In this document: positions 7,633 through 16,286 of the stretch, in pieces
How positions within the stretch are numbered: the stretch's first letter is position 1
How the letters are laid out: each line of letters opens with the position of its first letter
Source: a virus
Lineage: Duplodnaviria; Caudoviricetes
DNA: 38,907 nucleotides
Reading direction: 5' to 3' (one strand)
IMG/VR virus record: IMGVR_UViG_3300025658_000255
Coordinates: 1 to 38,907 of that record
The notes under the pieces: model-generated
The model's database searches: none
What the model saw: only the letters and a program-made list of their open reading frames with translations
Told to the model about the DNA's origin: nothing
Translations under genes and position numbers: made by a program

Positions 7633-9930
7633 ATGATTCAAGTTACCAAACGCGACGGGCGTCGTGAGCCATTAGATATCGAAAAACTACACAAGGTTGT
7701 TTTTCATGCATGTGAAGATATTACAGGCGTTAGCCCTAGTGAGGTAGAAATTAAGAGTCAGATACAATTCTTTAATGGTATGACAACTAAAGAGATCCAA
7801 GAGACTCTTATCAAAGCAGCAGCAGATCTTATCAACGAGGATACTCCAAACTATCAGTACGTAGGTGGCAGGCTTATTAACTATGCTCTACGTAAAGAAG
7901 TATACGGAGAGTACGAACCATTCCATGTAAAGCAACTTGTTGAGCGTAATATCGAGCTAGGCTTCTACGATCCAGAACTGTTAGGGTATTACAGTGACGA
8001 GGAATGGAATACTATTAATTGTTTTATTAAACACGACAGAGATGTTAACTTAACTTATGTAGCAATGGAGCAACTAAGAGGCAAATACTTGTGTCAAAAT
8101 AGAGTAAACGGACAAATATTCGAAACTCCGCAAATGTGCTACGCTCTTATCGCTGCAACATTATTCCAATCATATCCAAAGGAGGAGAGACTAAGATGGG
8201 TCAAAGAATATTATGACGCTATTAGTTTACACGATATTAGCTTACCTACGCCCGTTATGGCCGGCGTTCGTACGCCTCAGCGTCAGTTCAGTTCTTGCGT
8301 TCTTATTGAGTCTGACGATAGTCTGGCTAGCATCAACGCAACTAGTGCATCTATTGTCAACTATGTAAGCCAAAAGGCAGGCATTGGTATTGGCGGAGGA
8401 AAGATACGTGCTATTGGATCACCTGTACGTAAAGGCGATGCATATCATACAGGCATTATTCCTTTTTATAAGATGTTCCAATCAGCAGTAAAGTCATGTA
8501 GCCAAGGCGGCGTACGTGGAGGCGCAGCAACTATATACTATCCTATTTGGCACTTAGAAGCAGAAGAACTTTTAGTACTAAAGAACAATAAAGGCACAGA
8601 AGACAACCGTGTGCGTCATATGGATTATGGTGTACAGTTCAACAAACTATTTTACGAAAGACTTATCCAAGGCGGAGACATTACATTGTTTTCACCAAGT
8701 GATGTTCCTGGATTATATGATAGCTTCTTTGCTGATCAAGATTTGTTTAGACAACTGTATGAGACAGCAGAACGTAATACAAAACTACGTAAGAAAGTAG
8801 TAAAAGCAATTGAATTGTTTAGTTCATTTATGGAAGAGCGTAAGAACACAGGACGCATATATCTACAGAACGTAGACAATGCAAACGAGCATGGCAGCTT
8901 CCTTCCTGAGGTTGCGCCTATTAGACAATCAAACTTATGCGCAGAAATTGACTTACCAACAAAGCCACTAAAAGATCTTAATGATCCTGAAGGTGAGATT
9001 AGCCTATGTACACTGAGTGCTATTAATTGGGGCAACATCAAAGATCCAAGTGACTTTGAAAAAGTGTGTCGTCTAGCAGTACGTGGACTTGATGCACTAC
9101 TGAGCTATCAGAACTATCCTATCTTAGCAGCGCAGTTATCTACAGAGAAGCGCCGTCCTTTAGGTGTTGGCATCATCAATTTTGCATATTGGTTAGCAAA
9201 GCGTGATATGAACTATCAAGATGTAGATGCAACAGGACTTGCTCTTATTGACGAGTATGCCGAAGCATGGAGTTACTATCTAATCAAAGCAAGTGCAGAT
9301 CTAGCAGCAGAGCAAGGTGCACCAAGCGGCAACATGGAAACAAAATACGGACACGGCATTACACCTAATCAAACATACAAGAAAGATGTAGACGAACTAG
9401 TTCCGCATATGGAACGTATGGATTGGGAAGGACTACGTGAGCAACTAAAAACAACAGGCATCCGTAACTCAACACTAATGGCTCTTATGCCAAGTGAAAC
9501 AAGTGCGCAGATTGCAAATGCAACTAACGGCATTGAGCCTCCACGTAGTTTAATCAGTGTGAAGCAATCAAAGCATGGTGTTCTTAAACAGGTTGTACCT
9601 GAGTACAAACGTCTAAAGAACAAGTATGATTTACTATGGGATCAACGTAGCCCAGAAGGCTATATTAAAATTATGGCTGTACTACAAAAGTATATCGATC
9701 AAGGCGTAAGTGTAAACACAAGTTACAATCCTACGTTCTATGACGATGAAAAGATTCCAATGAGCGTTATGATGCAACATTTACTTATGTTTTATAAATA
9801 TGGTGGGAAGCAATTGTATTACTTCAACACATATGACGGACAAGGTGAACTAGACGTTAGCAAGCTAATGGAACAAGAACTTGCACCTAGCGAAGTTGAT
9901 GATGAAGATTGCGAAAGCTGCACCATTTAA
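7633..9930 (+). CDS. nrdA: Ribonucleoside-diphosphate reductase class Ia, alpha subunit
   Basis: ATP-cone (VTKRDG); PTPVMAG; QFSSCVL; SQGGVRGG; QSNLCAEI; CTLSA; C-terminal CESC. Confidence 0.97.
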   Translation: MIQVTKRDGRREPLDIEKLHKVVFHACEDITGVSPSEVEIKSQIQFFNGMTTKEIQETLIKAAADLINEDTPNYQYVGGRLINYALRKEVYGEYEPFHVKQLVERNIELGFYDPELLGYYSDEEWNTINCFIKHDRDVNLTYVAMEQLRGKYLCQNRVNGQIFETPQMCYALIAATLFQSYPKEERLRWVKEYYDAISLHDISLPTPVMAGVRTPQRQFSSCVLIESDDSLASINATSASIVNYVSQKAGIGIGGGKIRAIGSPVRKGDAYHTGIIPFYKMFQSAVKSCSQGGVRGGAATIYYPIWHLEAEELLVLKNNKGTEDNRVRHMDYGVQFNKLFYERLIQGGDITLFSPSDVPGLYDSFFADQDLFRQLYETAERNTKLRKKVVKAIELFSSFMEERKNTGRIYLQNVDNANEHGSFLPEVAPIRQSNLCAEIDLPTKPLKDLNDPEGEISLCTLSAINWGNIKDPSDFEKVCRLAVRGLDALLSYQNYPILAAQLSTEKRRPLGVGIINFAYWLAKRDMNYQDVDATGLALIDEYAEAWSYYLIKASADLAAEQGAPSGNMETKYGHGITPNQTYKKDVDELVPHMERMDWEGLREQLKTTGIRNSTLMALMPSETSAQIANATNGIEPPRSLISVKQSKHGVLKQVVPEYKRLKNKYDLLWDQRSPEGYIKIMAVLQKYIDQGVSVNTSYNPTFYDDEKIPMSVMMQHLLMFYKYGGKQLYYFNTYDGQGELDVSKLMEQELAPSEVDDEDCESCTI

Positions 9931-9933
9931 AAC

Positions 9934-9962
9934 TTGACACGCAGTGATATGCGTGTTAATAT
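9934..9962 (+). promoter_or_regulatory. Sigma70-type promoter for nrdB
   Basis: TTGACA-17-TAATAT. Confidence 0.65.
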
Positions 9963-9992
9963 ACATATACATTTAACAAGAGGAAAAACTCT

Positions 9993-11135
9993 ATGAGCGT
10001 TTTTGACGTCGACAATCGAGTCGATCACACACAAGTAACTGCTTTCTTTGATCCATCAGGCGGACCAACAATCCAGCGTTACGACACACTAAAATACAAA
10101 ACATTTGACAACTTAACTGACAAGCAGTTAGGATTCTTTTGGCGACCAGAAGAAGTAGATATCTATGCAGATGCAAAAGACTTTAAAGCACTTACTGACC
10201 ACGAGCGTCATATCTTTACAAGCAATTTGAAGCGTCAGATCTTGCTAGACTCAGTACAAGGCAGAGCACCAGTAGAAGCATTCGCTCCTATTGTGAGCTT
10301 ACCAGAGATTGAGAACTGGATCCAAACATGGACATTCTCAGAGACTATTCACAGTCGCTCGTACACTCACATTATCCGTAACGTGTACACAAACCCAAGC
10401 AAAGTATTTGATGAACTAATGGACATCAAAGAGATTGTTGACTGCGCAGGTGATATTTCAAAGTATTACGATGACTTGATTGAAATGAGCATGTGGTACA
10501 ACTTGTTAGGTGAAGGTACACATCAAATTACAAGTAATCGAGAAGCACGTAATGTAACTGTAAATTTATACGAGCTAAAGAAATTGCTATGGCTTACACT
10601 AATGAGCGTAAACATCTTAGAAGGTGTTCGTTTCTATGTGAGCTTTGCATGTAGTTGGGCATTTGCCGAACTAAAGAAGATGGAAGGCAACGCTAAGATT
10701 ATTAAATTAATTGCCCGCGATGAAAACTTACATCTTGCATCTACACAGATGCTACTAAAGATTCTTAAAACAGATGATCCAGACTTTGCAAAGATTGCAG
10801 AAGAAACAGAACAAGAATGTATTGATATGTTCGTTGATGCTGTTGATCAAGAGAAAGCATGGGCTGACTATTTGTTTAAAGATGGTTCAATGATTGGACT
10901 AAACACGGAACTATTAAGTGATTATATTGAATGGATCTGCACACGCAGAATGAACAATGTAAACTTAAAGTCACCATACAAAGTACCACAAGCTAATCCA
11001 CTACCTTGGACACAAAAATGGATCTCAGGCGCTGAAGTGCAGGTTGCTCCGCAGGAAACAGAGATAAGTAGTTACGTAATCGGAGGCACAAAACAAGATG
11101 TGTCCAACGACACTTTTAAAGGATTTAGTTTATGA
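9993..11135 (+). CDS. nrdB: Ribonucleoside-diphosphate reductase class Ia, beta subunit
   Basis: FFWRPEEV; ETIHSRSYTHI; LEGVRFYVSF; RDENLH; APQETEISSY. Confidence 0.97.
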   Translation: MSVFDVDNRVDHTQVTAFFDPSGGPTIQRYDTLKYKTFDNLTDKQLGFFWRPEEVDIYADAKDFKALTDHERHIFTSNLKRQILLDSVQGRAPVEAFAPIVSLPEIENWIQTWTFSETIHSRSYTHIIRNVYTNPSKVFDELMDIKEIVDCAGDISKYYDDLIEMSMWYNLLGEGTHQITSNREARNVTVNLYELKKLLWLTLMSVNILEGVRFYVSFACSWAFAELKKMEGNAKIIKLIARDENLHLASTQMLLKILKTDDPDFAKIAEETEQECIDMFVDAVDQEKAWADYLFKDGSMIGLNTELLSDYIEWICTRRMNNVNLKSPYKVPQANPLPWTQKWISGAEVQVAPQETEISSYVIGGTKQDVSNDTFKGFSL

Positions 11136-11383
11136 TAATTATTTGGGGAAAGCCACAGTGTCCGCATTGTGATCAAGCAAAAGCATTTTGCGAACGTAAC
11201 AACTTAGCTTATGAGTACAAGCAACTTGATGTTGACTTTACAAGAGAAGAAATTCTAGAAGAATTTCCTGGCGCAAGAACCTTTCCGCAAATTATTATAA
11301 ATGGTGAAAAAATAGGCGGCCACGACCAACTTGGCGCCTATGTTGAAAACACAGGATATAACGGAACAGGACATACATTATGA
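11132..11383 (+). CDS. Glutaredoxin
   Basis: CPHC; TFPQI; IGG motifs. Confidence 0.92.
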   Translation: MIIIWGKPQCPHCDQAKAFCERNNLAYEYKQLDVDFTREEILEEFPGARTFPQIIINGEKIGGHDQLGAYVENTGYNGTGHTL

Positions 11384-11667
11384 TCTTAGATAAACCATAC
11401 GGTGTCAGTGACACTGTAACTCTTAAGACAGCAGCAGGCGAAGAGCTTGTTGGACGTTTTGTTAGTGAGGATGCAACTACTATTACCCTTAAGAAAGTAA
11501 TGGCTGTGATTGCTCACCAACAAGGTGTAGGCTTAGGACAATTTGCGTTTACTATTAATCCAGACAGTGAAGTACCATTTAATAAGCACAGCTTATTATT
11601 AGTGTGCAGAACAGACGGTGAAATGGCAAAGCAATATATTAGCAGCACAACTGGTATTCAGTTATAA
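11380..11667 (+). CDS. Conserved T4-like hypothetical protein (Sm-like beta-barrel)
   Basis: TLKTAAGEELVGR...Y...TTGI pattern. Confidence 0.6.
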   Translation: MILDKPYGVSDTVTLKTAAGEELVGRFVSEDATTITLKKVMAVIAHQQGVGLGQFAFTINPDSEVPFNKHSLLLVCRTDGEMAKQYISSTTGIQL

Positions 11668-11674
11668 ATACTAT

Positions 11675-11983
11675 ATGCCAGCAGTAGCTAGAAAAGACGA
11701 TCCGACGACTACCGGACATGGATGTGACACAACTACAACAGTAGTAGGACCTCACGGTTCTCCTTCTAAAGTATTTGCTAATACTATTCCAGTAGAATGC
11801 AAAGGCGACCCAACAGCACCACATACTATCCCAGCTGGTCCTGTTTGTGTTCCTCATGCAGCAGCAATTAACGTAGGATCAGGAACTGTGTTTGTTGGCA
11901 ATAAGCCACTTGCAAGAGTAGGAGATTCAACAGATGGCGGAGCAATCACCGCAGGATCACCTAACGTTTTCGCAGGCGGATAA
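11675..11983 (+). CDS. PAAR-repeat spike tip protein
   Basis: MPAVARKDD...GH; PLARVGD; GSPNVFAG. A perfect TATAAATA (11663-11670) lies 4 nt before ATG 11675. Confidence 0.9.
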   Translation: MPAVARKDDPTTTGHGCDTTTTVVGPHGSPSKVFANTIPVECKGDPTAPHTIPAGPVCVPHAAAINVGSGTVFVGNKPLARVGDSTDGGAITAGSPNVFAGG

Positions 11984-11986
11984 TGG

Positions 11987-12015
11987 TTGACAACTTACAA
12001 CACAGATGTTATATT
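11987..12015 (+). promoter_or_regulatory. Sigma70-type early promoter
   Basis: TTGACA-17-TATATT with extended TG. Confidence 0.7.
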
Positions 12016-12035
12016 AACTTATAAGGAGAATTAGA

Positions 12036-12221
12036 ATGAGCGAACAGTCACAACACGACCAAATCGTGCAAGCGTTTAACAACTATCTTGCAGAGTCAGA
12101 AACATTCGAAGCAAAGAATGTAAAAGCCGCAGCAGCTCGTGCCCGTAAGGCACTTGGCGACCTAGGCAAACTGACAAAGACTCGCAGAGCTGAAATTCAA
12201 GACCGTAAGAATTCACTCTAA
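12036..12221 (+). CDS. Small helical protein, Hc1/histone H1-like
   Basis: KAAAARARKALGDLGKLTKTRRAEIQ resembles the Hc1 family; AAGGAG RBS. Confidence 0.6.
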   Translation: MSEQSQHDQIVQAFNNYLAESETFEAKNVKAAAARARKALGDLGKLTKTRRAEIQDRKNSL

Positions 12222-12580
12222 TGAGCGATGAATCTGCGGACTATTTAAAAGGCATTGCAGATAGAATGTTTGCGTATGATAGCATACGTGAATATGTACT
12301 AGACTTTATTACCGATCGCGGTATACTTGATGAAGAAATTACATTAGGTTTACTTGTGATCGGTTTTTTATGGGAGGCAGAGCAGAGGCACGAAGTGCTT
12401 ACTGAAGACCAAGTTAATCTGCTCCTCGGTGTCGAAGAAGACGAAGACTGGAGCCTAGACGATATGGATCCAGGCATAACATTTCAACTAGATCAAGACA
12501 GAGCAGATCTTAAACTAGATGAATTACTTGACTTGGTATACTATGAACTAATCACAACAGACCCTGAAGACGAACAATAA
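12221..12580 (+). CDS. Very acidic hypothetical protein
   Basis: TAATG coupling; D/E-rich, 119 aa. Confidence 0.7.
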   Translation: MSDESADYLKGIADRMFAYDSIREYVLDFITDRGILDEEITLGLLVIGFLWEAEQRHEVLTEDQVNLLLGVEEDEDWSLDDMDPGITFQLDQDRADLKLDELLDLVYYELITTDPEDEQ

Positions 12581-12601
12581 CAATAATCTTACGAGGCAGA
12601 A

Positions 12602-13108
12602 ATGAAACGTTTATACATTGCACTCACTATGCTATTAGTCAGTGCCACTACTTTATCAGCAGAAACAAAAGTTAACTATTTGGCAGATATATTTCCAGAC
12701 GAGTATTGTCTAGCTCTTAATATATATTACGAGTCTAGAGGATCAAGTTTAGCTGACCAAATTGCTGTTGCTGATGTAGTAATCAACAGAGTAAATGATA
12801 CACGCTATCCTGACACAGTATGTGCTGTGGTCAAGCAGGGTAGAGTAGACAAACAAGGAAATATGATTAGACACAAATGCCAGTTTAGTTGGTATTGTGA
12901 TGGCAAGCCAGACACGCCACAAGATATGGATTCGTGGGTAAATGCCCAAACCATTGCTTGGAAGATGATGCAAAGTAAATCATATATTGGTATTACAGAA
13001 GGTGCAACACATTACCATGCACACTATGTTAATCCAAAATGGGCTAAAGAGCTTACAGTAGTAGGTACAATAGGTAATCATAAATTTTATAGATGGGACA
13101 GAAAATAA
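12602..13108 (+). CDS. Cell wall hydrolase, SleB/Hydrolase_2 family
   Basis: Signal peptide; CLALNIYYESRG; VADVVINRV; CQFSWYCDG; GATHYHA; IGNHKFY. Confidence 0.92.
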   Translation: MKRLYIALTMLLVSATTLSAETKVNYLADIFPDEYCLALNIYYESRGSSLADQIAVADVVINRVNDTRYPDTVCAVVKQGRVDKQGNMIRHKCQFSWYCDGKPDTPQDMDSWVNAQTIAWKMMQSKSYIGITEGATHYHAHYVNPKWAKELTVVGTIGNHKFYRWDRK

Positions 13109-13335
13109 TGCCAAATAACGATCACAAAGTATATGCAGATCAGAATGTCAAAGGCGAAGCAATCTGGAAAGTAAGGACAGGTGGCAGACGTGGAGATGTT
13201 GTTACAATCTGTCGTACGCCAGAAGCAGCACAAGATATTGCTGCTAAACTAAACAACGATCCGTGGTACTTAGATAGAGGCTATACAAGAGCTGATAGAA
13301 TCAAAGCATGGAACTTATCTAATCAAAAAGGTTGA
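13108..13335 (+). CDS. Hypothetical protein
   Basis: TAATG coupling at 13108 (MPNNDHKVY...). Confidence 0.6.
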   Translation: MPNNDHKVYADQNVKGEAIWKVRTGGRRGDVVTICRTPEAAQDIAAKLNNDPWYLDRGYTRADRIKAWNLSNQKG

Positions 13336-13362
13336 CAACATCACATAATGATGTTATAAATA
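13332..13362 (+). promoter_or_regulatory. Dual early/late promoter of tmRNA
   Basis: TTGACA 13332-13337, then 17 nt, then TATAAA, which is also a perfect late TATAAATA (13355-13362). Confidence 0.75.
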
Positions 13363-13366
13363 ATAT

Positions 13367-13771
13367 GTTGACGTTGAAGCAACGTAGACACATACTGGAC
13401 CGCGGGGCAGTACCGCGCAGCTCCACCATAAGGATACTAAATGTACTATGTAATGAATCTTGAAACTGGGAGTATCTGGGAAGATACCTTCGATAGTTTG
13501 TTAGAAGCAAGTGAACTTGTTAGCAAACATCCAGAGTGGACCATTATGGTAAAGTATAAAGACAGATAGTATTTTTGTGTTGGGGCTGAAATAGGATCGA
13601 CAGGTGTGAAAGTGAAGTGGAGTTAATCGTGCGCAAGCTACGTAACGCAAGAAAAATGATAATTGCAAATGACAATTTCAAACCTGAACTTTCTTTTGAC
13701 TTCGATGGAGTCTTAGAAGCAGCCTAAGGGCAGTTCGCGGTTACGGAGGCCCCGGGCAACAGAATGCCTCC
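13367..13771 (+). ncRNA. ssrA: Circularly permuted two-piece tmRNA (alphaproteobacterial type)
   Basis: The acceptor piece comes first: T-arm CGCGG-GGCAGTA-CCGCG and CAGCTCC-A-CCA ending at 13428. The coding piece starts GGGGCTGAAATAGGATCGAC at 13582, giving a G3.U acceptor pair. Tag frame 13665-13727 reads ANDNFKPELSFDFDGVLEAA*. Terminal helix GGAGGC...GGCAACAGAAT-GCCTCC spans 13745-13771. Ends are approximate. Confidence 0.93.
13441..13569 (+). CDS. 42-aa ORF within the tmRNA intervening segment
   Basis: AAGGA RBS at 13430-13434; MYYVMNLETGSIWEDTFDSLLEASELVSKHPEWTIMVKYKDR*; the ORF fills the whole loop. Confidence 0.65.
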   Translation: MYYVMNLETGSIWEDTFDSLLEASELVSKHPEWTIMVKYKDR

Positions 13772-13794
13772 AACACACAAACACAGGACTAGAA

Positions 13795-14007
13795 ATGTAC
13801 AATAAGAAGTTCGAACTTACAATACGAGATATTGAGATAATTGAACATGCACTTAGAGCAAAAGCTGGCCGAAGAGGTTTAAGCATTGCTCAAGGCGAAA
13901 CATCCGAACAACTCAAAAATGAGATGCACGAGATACAAGAACTACTAGGACGCATACACGATCAGAAGGTATGGTTTCGTCCTAAAGGATTTGTACCAGG
14001 CGGATGA
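13795..14007 (+). CDS. Hypothetical protein
   Basis: AGGA RBS; 70 aa. Confidence 0.7.
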   Translation: MYNKKFELTIRDIEIIEHALRAKAGRRGLSIAQGETSEQLKNEMHEIQELLGRIHDQKVWFRPKGFVPGG

Positions 14008-14219
14008 ACTGGATTGAGATAGATAAGTTTCTAAATGGTTTAATCCATGCTGCTAAATCAGAAGAGCAGCTATACAAAGATGCCATGAAGAAATTTAGCT
14101 GGAATCGCAAGCAAGCTGAAGATGCTATCAAACCACTACAAGGCCGTGCTAATTTAACGCACCCAGTAGATGTAAAAAAACCGCAAAAAAAAGTAAAAAA
14201 ATCTTCCAAAAAGTCTTGA
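14004..14219 (+). CDS. Hypothetical protein with a basic C-terminus
   Basis: ATGA overlap. Confidence 0.65.
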   Translation: MNWIEIDKFLNGLIHAAKSEEQLYKDAMKKFSWNRKQAEDAIKPLQGRANLTHPVDVKKPQKKVKKSSKKS

Positions 14220-14276
14220 CTCTTTAATCAACCGCACTACATAATAATAGTAACAACAACACACACGGAGAATTAA

Positions 14277-14636
14277 ATGAATTATAAACCTTCAGATATC
14301 TTTCTACCAGTTAGCGTTTTTAAACATGCTAAGGATGCGTGGAAAAGTGTAATGACAATTGAGAACTCACCTTTACGTAAATTAGATCCAATGGCTGGGC
14401 ATATGGTGTTCCAGTTACTTGCTTATATGTGGTGTGCAGTGTTTGCATTGTATATTGGTAGCATTTCCTACTTTGGTATAAGTGCTCTAGTACATACAAT
14501 AATCATTGGAGGTATCTTTATTACGTCAGCAGTAATGCGTGAAGCAGATAAGCGTCCAGAGCGCCTTAATAAATTAGCAGGTACAAGAACTGTTGACGGA
14601 TACAACGGACGTAGCAATGGTGGCGAGCATGATTGA
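14277..14636 (+). CDS. Membrane protein (2 TM)
   Basis: GGAG RBS; hydrophobic segments; TTGACT promoter-like site at 14216. Confidence 0.75.
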   Translation: MNYKPSDIFLPVSVFKHAKDAWKSVMTIENSPLRKLDPMAGHMVFQLLAYMWCAVFALYIGSISYFGISALVHTIIIGGIFITSAVMREADKRPERLNKLAGTRTVDGYNGRSNGGEHD

Positions 14637-14715
14637 TATTATTATTGTTCTTGTAATAGTCGGCGCAATCTTTTACGGTTTAGTAAGAGCACTTGAGAAG
14701 GATGCTAGAGACTAA
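14629..14715 (+). CDS. 28-aa single-TM microprotein
   Basis: MIDIIIVLVIVGAIFYGLVRALEKDARD*; TAATG coupling to the next ORF. Confidence 0.6.
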   Translation: MIDIIIVLVIVGAIFYGLVRALEKDARD

Positions 14716-14909
14716 TGAAAAAATATGCTATCTTAAATAGAAACACAGGTGATGTACAAGTAATGTCATTTAATAGTGAATTACACCTTAAGAAGTACAT
14801 GGTAGTGCTTGGCCCTAATTATGAAGCACTAGAAGAAACTAAGAATGAGTTGCCAACACGGCACGTAAGAATGAAAAACAAAGATGAGTTCGCAGGATGG
14901 GGATCATGA
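14715..14909 (+). CDS. Hypothetical protein
   Basis: 64 aa; coupled on both sides. Confidence 0.65.
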   Translation: MKKYAILNRNTGDVQVMSFNSELHLKKYMVVLGPNYEALEETKNELPTRHVRMKNKDEFAGWGS

Positions 14910-15022
14910 ACGAAACATACTATATTGTTGGAATGATGTTAGGTTTTTTAGCATTATTTCCAATTGCAGGACTAATTTATTTTAACGCACTTGTATCATA
15001 CATGGAGTCAGAAGATGAGTGA
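14906..15022 (+). CDS. 38-aa single-TM microprotein
   Basis: MNETYYIVGMMLGFLALFPIAGLIYFNALVSYMESEDE*; ATGA overlap. Confidence 0.6.
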   Translation: MNETYYIVGMMLGFLALFPIAGLIYFNALVSYMESEDE

Positions 15023-15188
15023 ACAAACAAACTATTGCACTACAAAAGGTTTAGGATTAGCTTTCTTAGTTATCGTTTTTATGATTGCTGTTGTACCAGT
15101 ATTAATGTTGATGGCAATGGTAGGACTTGAAGAATACGGTCGCTACTGCAATGTTAACATCTTACCTTGCTTTGGACTTAACAAATGA
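15015..15188 (+). CDS. Small TM protein with three Cys
   Basis: GGAG RBS before MSEQTNYC; TM helix. Confidence 0.65.
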   Translation: MSEQTNYCTTKGLGLAFLVIVFMIAVVPVLMLMAMVGLEEYGRYCNVNILPCFGLNK

Positions 15189-15310
15189 GAAACAAAGAAC
15201 CACTTTTACAACAGTTTCCAGTCATCCTTGCAATTTGTACAGTAATAATTCCTCTTCTTGTTGTAATAGGAATGGTATATTACGGTGTATTTGACGGAGG
15301 CGGGCATTGA
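15185..15310 (+). CDS. 41-aa single-TM microprotein
   Basis: MRNKEPLLQQFPVILAICTVIIPLLVVIGMVYYGVFDGGGH*; ATGA overlap. Confidence 0.6.
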   Translation: MRNKEPLLQQFPVILAICTVIIPLLVVIGMVYYGVFDGGGH

Positions 15311-15450
15311 AAAAACAAATTAAGCGACCAATTATTTTTAAACAATTTCCTTGGTCAGACAAATTACCAACGGTGACAGGCAGATGAAAAAACTACATTC
15401 AAGTTTAATCTATACTGTACTACATCCTAAACTTAACTACACTAAGTTGA

Positions 15451-15678
15451 ATGAGGCAAAATTCTGTGACAGATGACGAAGTAAGAGCAGCAGCTCAAAA
15501 AGAAGCCGAAGAAACTTTTGAAGGCTTTATTAAATGGTCAAAGATTACAACATACAGTGCAATTGCATTTTTTCTAATTGTTGCCGCATGTAACTTTGGA
15601 GTTGAGGATGACACATATCCAGCCTATAATGGCGAACAATATAATCCCTCCAATTTAAACGTAAAGGACAAAAAATAA
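15451..15678 (+). CDS. aa3-type cytochrome c oxidase subunit IV-like protein (start may be GTG 15466)
   Basis: EAEETFEGFIKWSKITTYSAIAFFLIVAACN resembles the alphaproteobacterial CoxIV (..TFxGFI.. plus TM ending in N). Confidence 0.55.
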   Translation: MRQNSVTDDEVRAAAQKEAEETFEGFIKWSKITTYSAIAFFLIVAACNFGVEDDTYPAYNGEQYNPSNLNVKDKK

Positions 15679-15873
15679 ATGGCAATGAATCACAAGTCTA
15701 AACCAAACACCGACCAGGCTTTGATAGATGCTTTTCTCAAGAAAGGCGGCGAAATTAAAAAAGGTGAAACTAAACCAATGCCTAATGAACTGCACATTAG
15801 CAACAACAGTTGGAACAACAAATTAACTAAAGCAGAAAAAGAAGCAAAAAAAGGAAACAAGAACGATGAATAG
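15679..15873 (+). CDS. Hypothetical protein (IDAFLKKGGEI motif)
   Basis: AAGGA RBS; FLxxGGxI motif common in small phage proteins. Confidence 0.65.
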   Translation: MAMNHKSKPNTDQALIDAFLKKGGEIKKGETKPMPNELHISNNSWNNKLTKAEKEAKKGNKNDE

Positions 15874-16285
15874 ATTATTATTAACAGTTGGACTTATCCT
15901 TGCACTGGCTACACCGGCACTGGCAGAGGATATGACGATCGATATGCTCAATAAGCGTGAAGATGGCGCTAAGATGGTGTACTCAGAAGATATTGCTCGC
16001 ATTGATGTAGGCGATACAATTACTTGGGTACCGACACAAAAAGGACACAATGTAGAATTCATTGCAGGTCCAGATGGTTGGGACGCACCGAAGAAATCAA
16101 AACTAGGCAAAGAATATGCTTATACATTTGACACACCGGGTGTGTATTTGTATCAGTGTACGCCACACAAAAGCATGGGCATGATTGCGCTCGTAGTAGT
16201 AGGTGATGGTGATAACGATGTGTCAGGTACAAAAGTAGGTGGCAAGTCAAAGAAGAAATTAAAAGCGCTCTTAGGAGATCTGTAA
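15866..16285 (+). CDS. Pseudoazurin (blue copper protein)
   Basis: Signal peptide; MLNK...MVY; GDTITW; GHNVE; Cu ligands in YQCTPHKSMGM. Confidence 0.92.
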   Translation: MNRLLLTVGLILALATPALAEDMTIDMLNKREDGAKMVYSEDIARIDVGDTITWVPTQKGHNVEFIAGPDGWDAPKKSKLGKEYAYTFDTPGVYLYQCTPHKSMGMIALVVVGDGDNDVSGTKVGGKSKKKLKALLGDL

Positions 16286-16286
16286 T

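Noticed and set aside
7633-11135. Introns or inteins in nrdA/nrdB
   Set aside because: Both ORFs are continuous and of normal length.
11675-11983. PAAR as type VI secretion evidence
   Set aside because: The context is phage with a late promoter; no T6SS genes are present.
13401-13428. tRNA-like 3' half ending in CCA
   Set aside because: There is no D or anticodon arm upstream; it pairs with GGGGCTG at 13582 as the tmRNA acceptor piece.
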